Source: Candidatus Nanohalobium sp. (GTDB lineage: Archaea > Nanohalarchaeota > Nanosalinia > Nanosalinales > Nanosalinaceae). Taken from it: a stretch of 43,854 bases of DNA. The notes beneath the pieces were generated by a model. It searched no databases. It was not told the origin of the DNA and saw only the letters and a list, made by a program, of their open reading frames with translations. The stretch lies in the NCBI GenBank assembly GCA_042216335.1, contig JBDGTY010000056.1, forward strand, positions 1 through 43,854, written 5' to 3'. A program made the translations under genes and the position numbers. Positions 26,521 through 36,157 of this stretch are shown piece by piece. Within the stretch, counting starts at the first letter, position 1. The number at the start of each line of letters is the position of its first letter.

Positions 26521-27288
26521 ATGACCCGGTTAGTATGCGTTAGTAGTGGAAAGGGAGGGGTCGGCAAAACCACGACCACAGCGAATATAGGAGCGGCTTT
26601 AAGCGAGTTCGGCGCTGACACTGTTGTTCTCGACGCCAACCTGACGAACCCGAACCTGGGTTTCCATATAGGCATACCGCTCTACCCCAAGACACTGCAC
26701 GACGTATTGAAGGGCGACGCGCATATAACCGAGGCTATGTACATCCATGACTCCGGTCTCAGGGTTGTACCTGCCGGGCTTTCTGTTGAAGATCTCAGGG
26801 ACACCTCTCCAGAAAATCTGAGTGATGTACTTCTCGATACTGTCGGCGAGCCGGACTTCGTACTTGTTGACTCGGCCGCAGGACTCGGAAATGAATCAAT
26901 CAATGCTATTGAGGCTTCGGACGAAGTTCTTGTCGTGACGAATCCCAACCTTCCCGCAGTGACTGACGCACTGAAAACGGTGAATGTTGCGGAGGAGGCA
27001 GGTACTGATATCACTGGAGTGGTTCTGAACATGGTTAAGGGCCATGATTCGGAGCTGGATAAGGAAGAGGTCGAGTCCATGATCGGCTACGAGGTATTGA
27101 TGGAGGTTCCTCACCATGAGAAGGTTGAGGAGGCTTTGTCGGCCAAGAAGCCTGTTGTGCATCATGCACCGGACCACCATGTTTCTGAGCGGTTCAAGAA
27201 GGTGGCTGCTGACCTTGCGGAGCTTGATTACGAGCCTGATCTTGAGCAGAACGGCTTCCTCCAGAACATCCTGAACAGGTTCCGGTGA
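26521..27288 (+). CDS. minD: MinD/ParA family ATPase (archaeal MinD)
   Basis: Deviant Walker A SGKGGVGKTT, DSAAGLG, C-terminal amphipathic helix FLQNILNRFR. Confidence 0.92.
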   Translation: MTRLVCVSSGKGGVGKTTTTANIGAALSEFGADTVVLDANLTNPNLGFHIGIPLYPKTLHDVLKGDAHITEAMYIHDSGLRVVPAGLSVEDLRDTSPENLSDVLLDTVGEPDFVLVDSAAGLGNESINAIEASDEVLVVTNPNLPAVTDALKTVNVAEEAGTDITGVVLNMVKGHDSELDKEEVESMIGYEVLMEVPHHEKVEEALSAKKPVVHHAPDHHVSERFKKVAADLAELDYEPDLEQNGFLQNILNRFR

Positions 27289-27332
27289 ATTTTTCAAAGG
27301 GTTTTTATTGAAAGCCTGAGAAACTTAGCTTG

Positions 27333-28094
27333 ATGACTCGCATAATCTCTGTAGTATCTGGAAAGGGAGGGGTCGGTAAAACAACTGTAACAGCGAATCT
27401 CGGCACCTCTCTGGCCCAGCAGGGCGAGGATGTCCTCATCATCGACGGGAACTTCTCCGGAGCCAACATCTCACAGCACTTCGGCCTCGGATTCCAGGAC
27501 GTATCGCTCAACGACGTACTGCAGGGAGACGCATACATAACACAGGCAGTCACAAAACACAGTGAAGGTGTCTCAGTATTGCCAGCAAGCATACTGGACT
27601 TCAACGCTGACGCAGAAAAGCTGAGGCATGCGATCGTCGACTTCCTCGGCGACAAGGACTATGTACTGATCGATACCGCAGCGGGGATCGGAGAAGAAGT
27701 AGAAGCCGGTATAGAGGCCTCGGATGAAGTACTACTGGTCGCAGAGCCGGAACTCCCAGCATTGACCAACTGTCTAGGAGCCAAGAAACTGGCCGAACAG
27801 ATGGACAGAGACATCCTTGGACTAGTTCTAAATAGTGTCAGAGGAGAGCAGGCAGAGGTTTCCCGTGAAGATGTCAAGGAGGTCATCGACACCGAGATAA
27901 TCGGCGAGATACCCGACCACAAGCACGTCAGGGAAGGTATAGCACTCAGGGAGCCAGTTGTTTCCTACAAGCCGAACTCCAGTGCATCGAACAGGATTGA
28001 AGACGTGGCCTACAGGATCAAAGGTGAGGAACCGCCGCAGAGAGGCTTCCAGGAGAAACTGGCAGAGAAAGTCAACGATTTAGGCCTTTTCTAG
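27333..28094 (+). CDS. minD: Second MinD/ParA family ATPase
   Basis: SGKGGVGKTT, DTAAGIG; tandem paralog. Confidence 0.9.
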   Translation: MTRIISVVSGKGGVGKTTVTANLGTSLAQQGEDVLIIDGNFSGANISQHFGLGFQDVSLNDVLQGDAYITQAVTKHSEGVSVLPASILDFNADAEKLRHAIVDFLGDKDYVLIDTAAGIGEEVEAGIEASDEVLLVAEPELPALTNCLGAKKLAEQMDRDILGLVLNSVRGEQAEVSREDVKEVIDTEIIGEIPDHKHVREGIALREPVVSYKPNSSASNRIEDVAYRIKGEEPPQRGFQEKLAEKVNDLGLF

Positions 28095-28098
28095 ATAG

Positions 28099-28701
28099 CT
28101 AAACTATTTTCTTTATCTCTGAGTTGATGTTTTCTGAGTTTTCTGTATCTGTATTCTCGCCGAAGTAGATGTCTAGGTCTCTTTCGAATTCATCATCGAA
28201 CCTTGGTTCATCTACGTCTTCACCTCTCTCCGGAAAGTGGACAAGATTTCTGACTCCTTCTCCACCTGTTCTATCTGCTGATCTGGAGTCATAGAGCCGA
28301 ATCCAATCCTTATCGTAGAAAGGACTTTCAGGATTATTTACTGCTGCTCCTCTGATGCTGTCAGGATCTTCCTTCTCTGGATATGGAGAACTTCCTACAG
28401 CTGTTTCCAAGACTTCCGTTGGGTTGTCTTCTAGGTTTTCACAGTTCAGTACTGCTGCTTCAACTTCTCTGCCATCTAAATACTCGTGGATTCCCCAAAC
28501 CACGTTGTTGTCCAGATCATCTTTTTGGGCTACGTGAGCGTACTGACGGCCGACATCCTCTCTACTCAACTCCTTCTGGCTTGTGTGTTCAACGGAAAAA
28601 CCCGCGCTCTCTAACTTGTCATAAACTTCGTCCTCAAGCCCTCTCTCGATAGCATCCGGTTTCAAAACAACCATTGCGTACTCCGGGCTTTCTGAGTTCA
28701 T
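28099..28701 (-). CDS. Divergent nucleoside-diphosphate kinase-like protein
   Basis: AMVVLKPDAIERGL, PDSIRG, RNLVH; insertion before the His motif. Confidence 0.75.
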   Translation of the reverse strand: MNSESPEYAMVVLKPDAIERGLEDEVYDKLESAGFSVEHTSQKELSREDVGRQYAHVAQKDDLDNNVVWGIHEYLDGREVEAAVLNCENLEDNPTEVLETAVGSSPYPEKEDPDSIRGAAVNNPESPFYDKDWIRLYDSRSADRTGGEGVRNLVHFPERGEDVDEPRFDDEFERDLDIYFGENTDTENSENINSEIKKIV

Positions 28702-28907
28702 ACACTAAATTAAATCTCCACATGTAAAAAGTTTGTCATTTATTGGTGGCAAACTCTCGCTTAAAGTCGAGTTTCAGGTCTTTTGGAACAGTGGAGTCTT
28801 CTCTTTGATCTTTGGGTTCGTCTTGGAGAATAGTCGAGAAAATTAACTTGGTGGCTCTTTAGCAGCTGTAACCTAACTTGTTAAATGCTTGATAAGTAAA
28901 TCCGGTT

Positions 28908-29642
28908 ATGGCAGAGTATGACAGTATAGCTGAAGATTATAGTGAAAGATACGATCCTCTGAAAGAGTTTTCAACCAAGCCTTCTCTACTTAAGGCAGTT
29001 GGAAATGTGGAGGATCAAAAAGTTCTCGATCTAGCATGTGGAAGCGGTTACTTCACGAGAGAACTGGCTAAAATGAATCCAGAGAAAATCATAGGTGTCG
29101 ACAAATCTAATGAAATGATTGAGATAGCGAAGGAAAAAGAAGATCAAGACTAATTAGGGGCAGAATACTTACAAAGTGATATATCGGAGCTTTCGTTGAG
29201 TGAGAAATTTGACAAAGTTGTTGCAGCTTATCTTCTGAACTATGCTGAAACAAGAAATCAGCTCGATGAAATGGCTGAAAAGATAAAGAATCATCTGCGC
29301 GAGGACGGGGAATTCTGTGCTCTGGTTCCAACCGGAGGAATAAGGCCTGTAGATGAATTCAGATATGGCAGAAAAATTGAGCACTCAGATGAAAAGAAGG
29401 AGTTCAAAGATGGTGATAAGATCATCCTGGTCGCTCAGAGAGAAGAAAGAGAACCGATTAGGATTGAAAACTACTTCTGGTCGAAAGAAACTTATAAAGA
29501 AGTCTTCGAGAATAAAGGTTTCGAAGTGGACTGGATCAAACCACATGTCACAGAAGAGGGAATCGAGAAGTACGGCGAGGAAGAATGGGAAATCTGGAGG
29601 GAAAGACCGACATCATGGGTGCTAAAAGCCTCTATTATCTAG
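28908..29642 (+). pseudogene. Class I SAM-dependent methyltransferase with one in-frame TAA
   Basis: VLDLACGSG motif; TAA at 29151-29153; the frame continues LGAEYLQSDISELSLSEKFDKVVAAYLLNYA to 29642. Confidence 0.85.
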
Positions 29643-29747
29643 GACTAGATACTTAGGTTCAAGTCCTTCTCTGAAGCCTTGAAGTTCTCTCTTCCATCAA
29701 TTTTTTAACCTTTGGCGTTTAATGCCAAAGTACTGGGTTAGTGGTCT

Positions 29748-30074
29748 GTGGTTGAGATACTGGTCGATGAGCGCGACGAGATAGAAATTGGGAACGATGT
29801 GGTTTTACTTGAGCGGATGGCTGCGGTAGTGCCTGAGTCGGAAAAGTTTCCGAGCGGTGTCAAATACCGTTTCCATGCCTGCCAGGCTAACGGCGATTTG
29901 ATTGTCCGGTACGACAACGCCAACGACGCTCATGTTGCCAAGCACCACAAGCATGTAGTAGAAGACGGCGAAGAAGTAACGAAACCGATTTCAAATAACC
30001 CAGAAACAGAGGAAGGATTGCTTGAACTGCTTAAGCAGTGGAGACGAGAGGTGATGGAAAATGTCGAAGAATGA
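29748..30074 (+). CDS. DUF6516 (TumE-like) putative toxin
   Basis: VPESEKFPSGVKYRF, IVRYDNAND...HHKH. Confidence 0.8.
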   Translation: MVEILVDERDEIEIGNDVVLLERMAAVVPESEKFPSGVKYRFHACQANGDLIVRYDNANDAHVAKHHKHVVEDGEEVTKPISNNPETEEGLLELLKQWRREVMENVEE

Positions 30075-30498
30075 AATCGAAAGCATACCTTACGGCAAAG
30101 ACCTTTTGATAAAGGAGTCGCAGGGCCTGGAAGAAGCTTTGGAGAGAACTGAGGAAAATCTTGAAGATGCGATAGACGGAGAGAAGAATCCTGTGGTTGT
30201 CGGGTTCAGCGACCCGGAGAGGATCAGAGAACTTCTGACGCCGAAGAGAAGAGAGCTTATGCAGGCAGTGATACAGAGCGAGCCCGAGAGCATCTCCGAA
30301 CTTTCCGAAACTCTAGGCAGAGATCTCAAGAGCGTCCACAGAGACCTTGAAACACTCGGTGAAAACAAGATAATCTACTTCGAGAAAGAGAACGGTAGAA
30401 AAAGACCTGTGATTCCTTTCGACAGCATCAAAGTCGAGTACGACCTGAAGTCCTCGCTCATGGATCAGAAAACCGGGATCTATCCAGAGAAGGCTTAG
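30061..30498 (+). CDS. Winged-HTH putative antitoxin (HVO_A0114-like)
   Basis: LLTPKRRELMQAV..EPESISELSETLGRDLKSVHRDLETL...KRPVIPFD; overlaps the upstream gene. Confidence 0.85.
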   Translation: MSKNEIESIPYGKDLLIKESQGLEEALERTEENLEDAIDGEKNPVVVGFSDPERIRELLTPKRRELMQAVIQSEPESISELSETLGRDLKSVHRDLETLGENKIIYFEKENGRKRPVIPFDSIKVEYDLKSSLMDQKTGIYPEKA

Positions 30499-30540
30499 AC
30501 TTCCGTCAGTATTAAATCCTGAACTTCCGCATTCTTCGGT

Positions 30541-31059
30541 ATGACAGACCTGAAGCCGTACGAGCAGTATCTGTGGAGTCCCAAAAGATCGGAGTATGAT
30601 GCGAAGGAGATACCGGAGGATATCGACTGTATTTTCTGCGCCCAGAAAGAAGGCGACGATAGGGTTTCGTTCCTGCCGGTGTATGAGGACGACTTTCTGA
30701 TGGTGGAGTTGAATATCTTCCCGTACAACACCGGTCATCTTATGGTGGTGCCGAAGCGTCACGTCAACTCGATGACAGACCTGAGCGACGAGGAGAGAAA
30801 CCGATTGTTCTCGATGGTGCAGAGGGTCGAGAGACTCCAGAGAGAAGTAGTCGACCCGGCCGGTATCGACGTCGGAATGAACATTGGAAAAGCCGCGGGC
30901 GAATCCATCCCACATCTCCACGTCCAGTTAGTCCCGATTTACGAGAAGGATAGGGGGTTCATGGAGACGAGTCTGGACACCAAGGTCATGAAGAAGTCCC
31001 TTCCAGACACGCAGGAAGAGTACCAGGAGAGAACGGATATTCTTGAAGATTACTGGTGA
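30541..31059 (+). CDS. HIT-family nucleotidyl transferase/phosphorylase (HxHxQ variant)
   Basis: CIFC, LNIFPYNTGHLMVVPKRH, GMNIGKAAGESIPHLHVQLVP. Confidence 0.88.
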   Translation: MTDLKPYEQYLWSPKRSEYDAKEIPEDIDCIFCAQKEGDDRVSFLPVYEDDFLMVELNIFPYNTGHLMVVPKRHVNSMTDLSDEERNRLFSMVQRVERLQREVVDPAGIDVGMNIGKAAGESIPHLHVQLVPIYEKDRGFMETSLDTKVMKKSLPDTQEEYQERTDILEDYW

Positions 31060-31065
31060 TGAAGA

Positions 31066-32397
31066 ATGGCGAATTTCTTCCACGCATACGACCTGAGAGG
31101 GACTTATCCGGATGATATCGACGAGGAAACAGCTGAGAGAATTGGTAAGGCCTACGGCACCTTTATAGATGCTGACAGCGTACTGGTGGGCAGAGATGGC
31201 CGGAAGCACGGTCCTCGGATCGCTGAGGCGTTTATCGATGGTGTAAATTCTACGGGTACTGATGCGGTCTTTGCTGGCATGGTCCCAAGCCCTGTGGTCT
31301 ACTTCGGCCAGGTCGACAATGGTTTTGAGTCGGCTGCTGTCGTTACAGCTTCCCATAACCCGCCGGAATACACAGGATTCAAGTTCAATCTTGAAGATGC
31401 TCTTGCGATGTCCAGGGACGGTGGAATGAGAAGAATCGAGGAGATCTACGAATCGAAGGACTTTGATACCGGTGTCGGGATGGAGGATGACATCGATCTG
31501 ATCGAGGATTACATTTCCACGGTGAAGGATGAGATCGGTGAAGTTGATCTAGAGGTCGTCATCAACTGCGGGAACGGTGTTACAGGTGTCCTGGCCCGTG
31601 AACTTTTCGAGGAGCTGGGCTGTAGTGTCAAGATGATAAATGAGGAAGTTGACGGCGACTTCCCGAACCACCTGGCCGACCCCGGAAGCGAGGAGGCAAG
31701 GAGAGTTACTGAGGATGTCATGGCGGATGAAGACCTCGGCATAATATTTGACGGCGATGGAGACCGCGCAGGATTCATCCTGCCGGGTTATGGTTATGTT
31801 GATGAGGATGAGATCATCGCTCTGCTGGCGGAGGAGTCGCTCAAGGAGGAGAAAGGCAAGGTTGTCCATGATCTCCGTGTCTCCAAGCTGGTTCCGGAAA
31901 AGATTGAGGAGCATGGCGGCGAGGCTGAGGAGTCGCGTGTCGGCCACACGTTCATCTCGGAGAGGGTGCATGAGGATGATGATATCGTCTTCGCGGGCGA
32001 GGTTTCCGGCCACTTCTACTTCCCGGCCTTCGACTTTCCGTGGGACGATGGATTGTTTGCGGGGGCTTTGATGGCGAGGATGGCTTCGGAGCAGGACCTT
32101 GTGGAGAAGCTGGAAGGTTTCCCGGACTATCCTGTTTCGCCCGAGGTCAACCTTGACTGTCCCAACGAGGCCAAGGAGGAGGTCATGGAGAGGGTCGCAG
32201 AGGAGTACTCTGGCCACGAGACCTCGACCCTGGACGGAGTGAAGATCCAGTTCGACTCCGGATGGGCTCTGGTCAGGCCTTCAAGCACCGAGCCTAAGGT
32301 AAGGCTGAGGTGTGAGGCAGATACAGAGGAAGATATGGAACGGATCCTGGGTGAGGTTGAGGAGAAAGTCCGGAGCATCATTCGGGAGTGTGTGTAG
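31066..32397 (+). CDS. Phosphoglucomutase/phosphomannomutase
   Basis: TASHNP, FDGDGDR, GEVSGH, RPSSTEP. Confidence 0.95.
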   Translation: MANFFHAYDLRGTYPDDIDEETAERIGKAYGTFIDADSVLVGRDGRKHGPRIAEAFIDGVNSTGTDAVFAGMVPSPVVYFGQVDNGFESAAVVTASHNPPEYTGFKFNLEDALAMSRDGGMRRIEEIYESKDFDTGVGMEDDIDLIEDYISTVKDEIGEVDLEVVINCGNGVTGVLARELFEELGCSVKMINEEVDGDFPNHLADPGSEEARRVTEDVMADEDLGIIFDGDGDRAGFILPGYGYVDEDEIIALLAEESLKEEKGKVVHDLRVSKLVPEKIEEHGGEAEESRVGHTFISERVHEDDDIVFAGEVSGHFYFPAFDFPWDDGLFAGALMARMASEQDLVEKLEGFPDYPVSPEVNLDCPNEAKEEVMERVAEEYSGHETSTLDGVKIQFDSGWALVRPSSTEPKVRLRCEADTEEDMERILGEVEEKVRSIIRECV

Positions 32398-33646
32398 GAT
32401 GTACTTCGGCTGTGAAGGCGCCTGATGAGATGATGTCGCCCATACCCACTAATCTTTTCGGTTCTTCGTGGATGATGGTGGGTGCGGCGACTACCTTGTA
32501 GCCTTCCAGCCTGGCGATTCCTGTCTCCGCGAAGTCGTCGAGGTCGAAGAAGTCCTCGAAGTGTTCCAGGTCGTCCAGCTTGGTGATGTGCATCCTATCC
32601 GTCTCCAGTTCTATTTCTGATGGTTCGGGTATCTCTCCGGTCTCGGCCATGGAGACGGCTGAAAGCCCTGAGAAAAGTATGCTTTTCCTGATCCTTTCGT
32701 CTCTTACCGGGTAGCTGCTTTCTGCCACGACTGACTGGAAGTTTTTGGTGTGTACGTGGACGCGCTCGACATCATACTTCTGTATCATCTTCTTCGAGAT
32801 TGTGTAAACGTCGCCAAGGCTTGGCTCCTCATCGATTTCGTATCCCATGATGTCGCTGATCTTGTGGAGCTCTGACTCATCCATTCCAACGCTGGTGAAG
32901 TACGGCAGTATCTTTTCCAGTATCATCTCGTCTTTTTGGGGTGTGGTTGAGACGAACTCCAGGTGCTTCGGCACGTGAAGCTTCCTGAGCTGTTTCTCCG
33001 ACTTCCTGAGCTTGGATTCGAAGTTGCCTCTGATGTCGTGGAAACCTGAGAAGATCGCTCTGTCGATCTCGTCCTGAAGCACCGGGAACTTCTCCTCCAT
33101 CCCCTTCCGGAAGTAGGGCCCGAAACCCCTGAGATGGTCGGAGAGGATCAAACGGCAGGACTCCTCCTCGAACTCGACTATGTAGTTCTTCTTCGTTCTG
33201 TCGGAGTTCACAGCATCCGACACGGACTTCAGCACCATGCCGTCCTCGACCGTCGGATAGAGGACCTCGCTGTGGATCTTCTCCGCCAGTTCCTGGGAGA
33301 GGAAAGGCGTGTAGATCACGGCGCGGTGGCCGACACCGGAGAGGAAGTTCGACATTATGCCGGCCTGGCCGCCGATCTGCTCATCTCCGTCGACCTCGGC
33401 GTCGAACTCTGTGGAATCGACCTCGAGATTGGTCTCGTTCTCCCTGCAGTGCTTCAGAACTTTCAGGAAATCTTCCTCCGACTTGACCTTCCTCAACTCC
33501 TCTTCCTCGACTTCTTCAAGATCTGCTTCAATTTTACTGAAGTTCGTGGTCACGTCTATGTTGGCGTTGAAGCCCAGCAGCACGTTTGAGTCGAAGTCGG
33601 CTTTGTGCGCCGCTTTCTGGTATTTTTTCAGCCACTTGTTTTTCAT
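32378..33646 (-). CDS. ADP-dependent glucokinase/phosphofructokinase
   Basis: LGFNANID, GGQAGIMSN, SVGMDESEL, VHVHT, VGMGDIISSGAF. Confidence 0.92.
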   Translation of the reverse strand: MKNKWLKKYQKAAHKADFDSNVLLGFNANIDVTTNFSKIEADLEEVEEEELRKVKSEEDFLKVLKHCRENETNLEVDSTEFDAEVDGDEQIGGQAGIMSNFLSGVGHRAVIYTPFLSQELAEKIHSEVLYPTVEDGMVLKSVSDAVNSDRTKKNYIVEFEEESCRLILSDHLRGFGPYFRKGMEEKFPVLQDEIDRAIFSGFHDIRGNFESKLRKSEKQLRKLHVPKHLEFVSTTPQKDEMILEKILPYFTSVGMDESELHKISDIMGYEIDEEPSLGDVYTISKKMIQKYDVERVHVHTKNFQSVVAESSYPVRDERIRKSILFSGLSAVSMAETGEIPEPSEIELETDRMHITKLDDLEHFEDFFDLDDFAETGIARLEGYKVVAAPTIIHEEPKRLVGMGDIISSGAFTAEVHPTHTPE

Positions 33647-34275
33647 AGTCCTCTACACAGCTCCTCAACTTTGCTTTTTGTATCTTCCGATTTTATAACT
33701 CCGGATGCGATCAGCACGCCCTCACATCCCAGTTCGATGCTCTTCTCCACGTCCTCGCGCGACTTTATGCCTGCGCCGGTGAGCGTGTCTATTTTTCCGG
33801 ATTTCTTCACTGCCTCTTCGACTATTTCGGGCTCTGCAGTTGAGACGGAAGTGTCTCCGCCGATAAGCTCCGGTGGCTCGAAAGCTATATAGTCTGGTTC
33901 GAACTCAGCGTATCTTTCACATTCTTCAGGTGACTGTGCGCATACAACTGTCGTCAGGTCTTCTTCACGGCACTTTTCGACCGATTCCCTTATTTCTCCC
34001 TCTTCCAGTCTTCTCTCGGAGTGGTTGATCAGTGTTCCTGTGGCTCCGACTTCTTTGACTGCTTTTGCCTGGTTCGATCCGGTGTGGCTGCCTGTGTCGA
34101 CTCCGTCGACGTGCTGGGCGAAGATCTTGAGTTCGGTGTCTATCCTGTTGAGGTCTGCTGTCTGTGGGCAGATAACTACTTCTGCGTCCTCTGCCCCTTC
34201 CTCTATTTTCCGAGTTAATTCTTCGGATTTTTCTCCTATCGCTTTGCTGTAGGCTTTGTAGTTGACTATCAGCAT
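33643..34275 (-). CDS. tpiA: Triosephosphate isomerase (archaeal type)
   Basis: IVNYKAY, LINHSERR, AFEPPELIGG, GAGI, GVLIASG. Confidence 0.96.
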   Translation of the reverse strand: MLIVNYKAYSKAIGEKSEELTRKIEEGAEDAEVVICPQTADLNRIDTELKIFAQHVDGVDTGSHTGSNQAKAVKEVGATGTLINHSERRLEEGEIRESVEKCREEDLTTVVCAQSPEECERYAEFEPDYIAFEPPELIGGDTSVSTAEPEIVEEAVKKSGKIDTLTGAGIKSREDVEKSIELGCEGVLIASGVIKSEDTKSKVEELCRGL

Positions 34276-36051
34276 CTATCTCACCTCTATTTCCAGGTCA
34301 GGGTCGTTTATGATTTCGGCTTCCCCATCTTCGACTTTGATGTCCAGTTCCTCTCCCCTGATCCTCTTGTTCTTTCTCTCGGCGTTTACTCCTTCCACCG
34401 GGTCGATGATGACTCTGTCTTCTCTGACGTCTATACCGAGGAGGTAGGTGTCGATCACGAATACGTAGAGTCCTGCGCTCCAGGCCTGCTCGTCGCATCC
34501 GATGGATTCTCCTGATTCGGCGTTGACCACTTCTGGAAGTGCCCCGAGCTGGTTGCGGTCGATGAACTGTGTCATCTTCTTCAGGAAGTTCTTTCCGTGG
34601 CTGACGTTGCCGTACTCCAGGTTTGCGGCGGCTGCCCAGGTCGTCGTCAATCCCCAGACGCTTCCTGTGTGGTAGCCATCGGATTCGTACCCTGGATCGG
34701 TCACGGAACGCGTTCGGGCGCCGTATCGGGATGAAAACTCTCCATTAATTTTTTCCAGGTATTTCTCGGCTTTTTCATCTTCTATCTGTCCGAGCATCAG
34801 TGGTATAGCAGGGTTGATTGATTCGAAGTCGTTTCCAAGGTTGTCTTTCAGGTAGTCGCCGTCTTCGAATCGTTTTAAACCTTTCATCAGTTTTTCGTTG
34901 TCTTTTCCGAATGCCTCCAGCGCAGCGATCCACTCTGACTGGAGCTCTACGGCGTTTTCTCTTTCGAGCGTGTCCATCCAGGTCCCGGAGGGGTCGTGTT
35001 CCACTATCTCGCCTTCTGGCCGGTTCTCCTCCAGGAGTTCTTCTGCTCTCTCCAGTAGTTCGTCGTCTGCCTCCGCGTATCGTTCCAGCTTCTCAACGGC
35101 TAATGCAAATAGAGGGATCGAATCGCATCGTGGATATTCTGTCTCCGTTCCTCCGTTCGTGTTGATCTTGGAGGGGAAGGGTTCTCTTTCCGCGAAGTTC
35201 GCCAGTATCTCCCGTGATTCCCTGAAGAGACCTGCATCTATCATCCCGTAGATGGTTCCGAAGGTGTCTCTGCTCCAGTAGTTCTGGAACCATGGATGCC
35301 CTGCGATGACGCCGAGCCCGTTCCTGTCGTAGATCAGGTTTTCCATGCTGTCTATGCAGTAGTTGAACGTTCTGCCAAGCTCTTCGTGGCGCAGAGAACT
35401 TTCCGAGCCCTTGATCTCTCGGCCAGGTTCTCCGTCCGTCATGAACACCAGTTCAGCAGTCTTCGTTTTCCCGGGCTCGAGTTCACAGCGGCAGGAGATA
35501 TCGCCAGGCACGATGCATATCTGCTGTTCTCCTGGGTAGTGCTCTTTGATGTAGCTGTCCTCGTCGAACTCGAACTTTTCCCCCGTTATCGTCAGGTACC
35601 GATCCCTGTCATCCTTTATTATCTTCATGCCAGCGTTGCTTGTCTCCACGGTATAGTTTTTACCTCCCAGGTCTTCCGTCCTGGGTCTGATGTCTACTCC
35701 TGCCTCGATTGAGGCCTTGACAGCCTTCTGGCTGTCCGACTGGTTCTTCACCTTCCAGCTCACCTTGAATCCTGGTATCTCTTCGGGGCAGCTTATCTCC
35801 TGTCTTATCTCCAGGCTTGAGGCTTTATGGTGGTACACTACCTTTTCCCCATAATGTGTTTCCTGTAGTGTTTCGTCGTCCAGCCAGATGCCGTTTACTT
35901 TGACGGCGAAGTAGTCCAGGTACTTGTATGATGGGCTCCAGTAGCCGTTCCACTTCTCCCTGAAGCTGCCGTCGAGATAAGTCGAGAAGAATCCGTGTGT
36001 GTTGGAGACTACTCCCTTTTTGCCTTCCGCATCTCTGATCCTGTACTCCAT
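34276..36051 (-). CDS. Amylo-alpha-1,6-glucosidase (glycogen debranching enzyme, GH133-like)
   Basis: AGHPWFQNYWSRD, TWMD, YHTGSVW, LPEV, QAWS. Confidence 0.9.
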   Translation of the reverse strand: MEYRIRDAEGKKGVVSNTHGFFSTYLDGSFREKWNGYWSPSYKYLDYFAVKVNGIWLDDETLQETHYGEKVVYHHKASSLEIRQEISCPEEIPGFKVSWKVKNQSDSQKAVKASIEAGVDIRPRTEDLGGKNYTVETSNAGMKIIKDDRDRYLTITGEKFEFDEDSYIKEHYPGEQQICIVPGDISCRCELEPGKTKTAELVFMTDGEPGREIKGSESSLRHEELGRTFNYCIDSMENLIYDRNGLGVIAGHPWFQNYWSRDTFGTIYGMIDAGLFRESREILANFAEREPFPSKINTNGGTETEYPRCDSIPLFALAVEKLERYAEADDELLERAEELLEENRPEGEIVEHDPSGTWMDTLERENAVELQSEWIAALEAFGKDNEKLMKGLKRFEDGDYLKDNLGNDFESINPAIPLMLGQIEDEKAEKYLEKINGEFSSRYGARTRSVTDPGYESDGYHTGSVWGLTTTWAAAANLEYGNVSHGKNFLKKMTQFIDRNQLGALPEVVNAESGESIGCDEQAWSAGLYVFVIDTYLLGIDVREDRVIIDPVEGVNAERKNKRIRGEELDIKVEDGEAEIINDPDLEIEVR

Positions 36052-36157
36052 AACTTATTGATGCCTGATTCAGGGTATAAAACCTGTTCTTTCAACTCCG
36101 TGGTGGTAACGGGTTTGGCGTGAGGTTTTATACCCGGGCTCCGAAAATACTTCAAAT

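Noticed and set aside
29641-29667. GGTTCAAGTCC resembling a tRNA T-loop or att site next to the TA pair
   Set aside because: Only a 3-bp T-stem, with no acceptor, D or anticodon arms and no second copy seen; more likely part of a small hairpin (aggact/agtcct)
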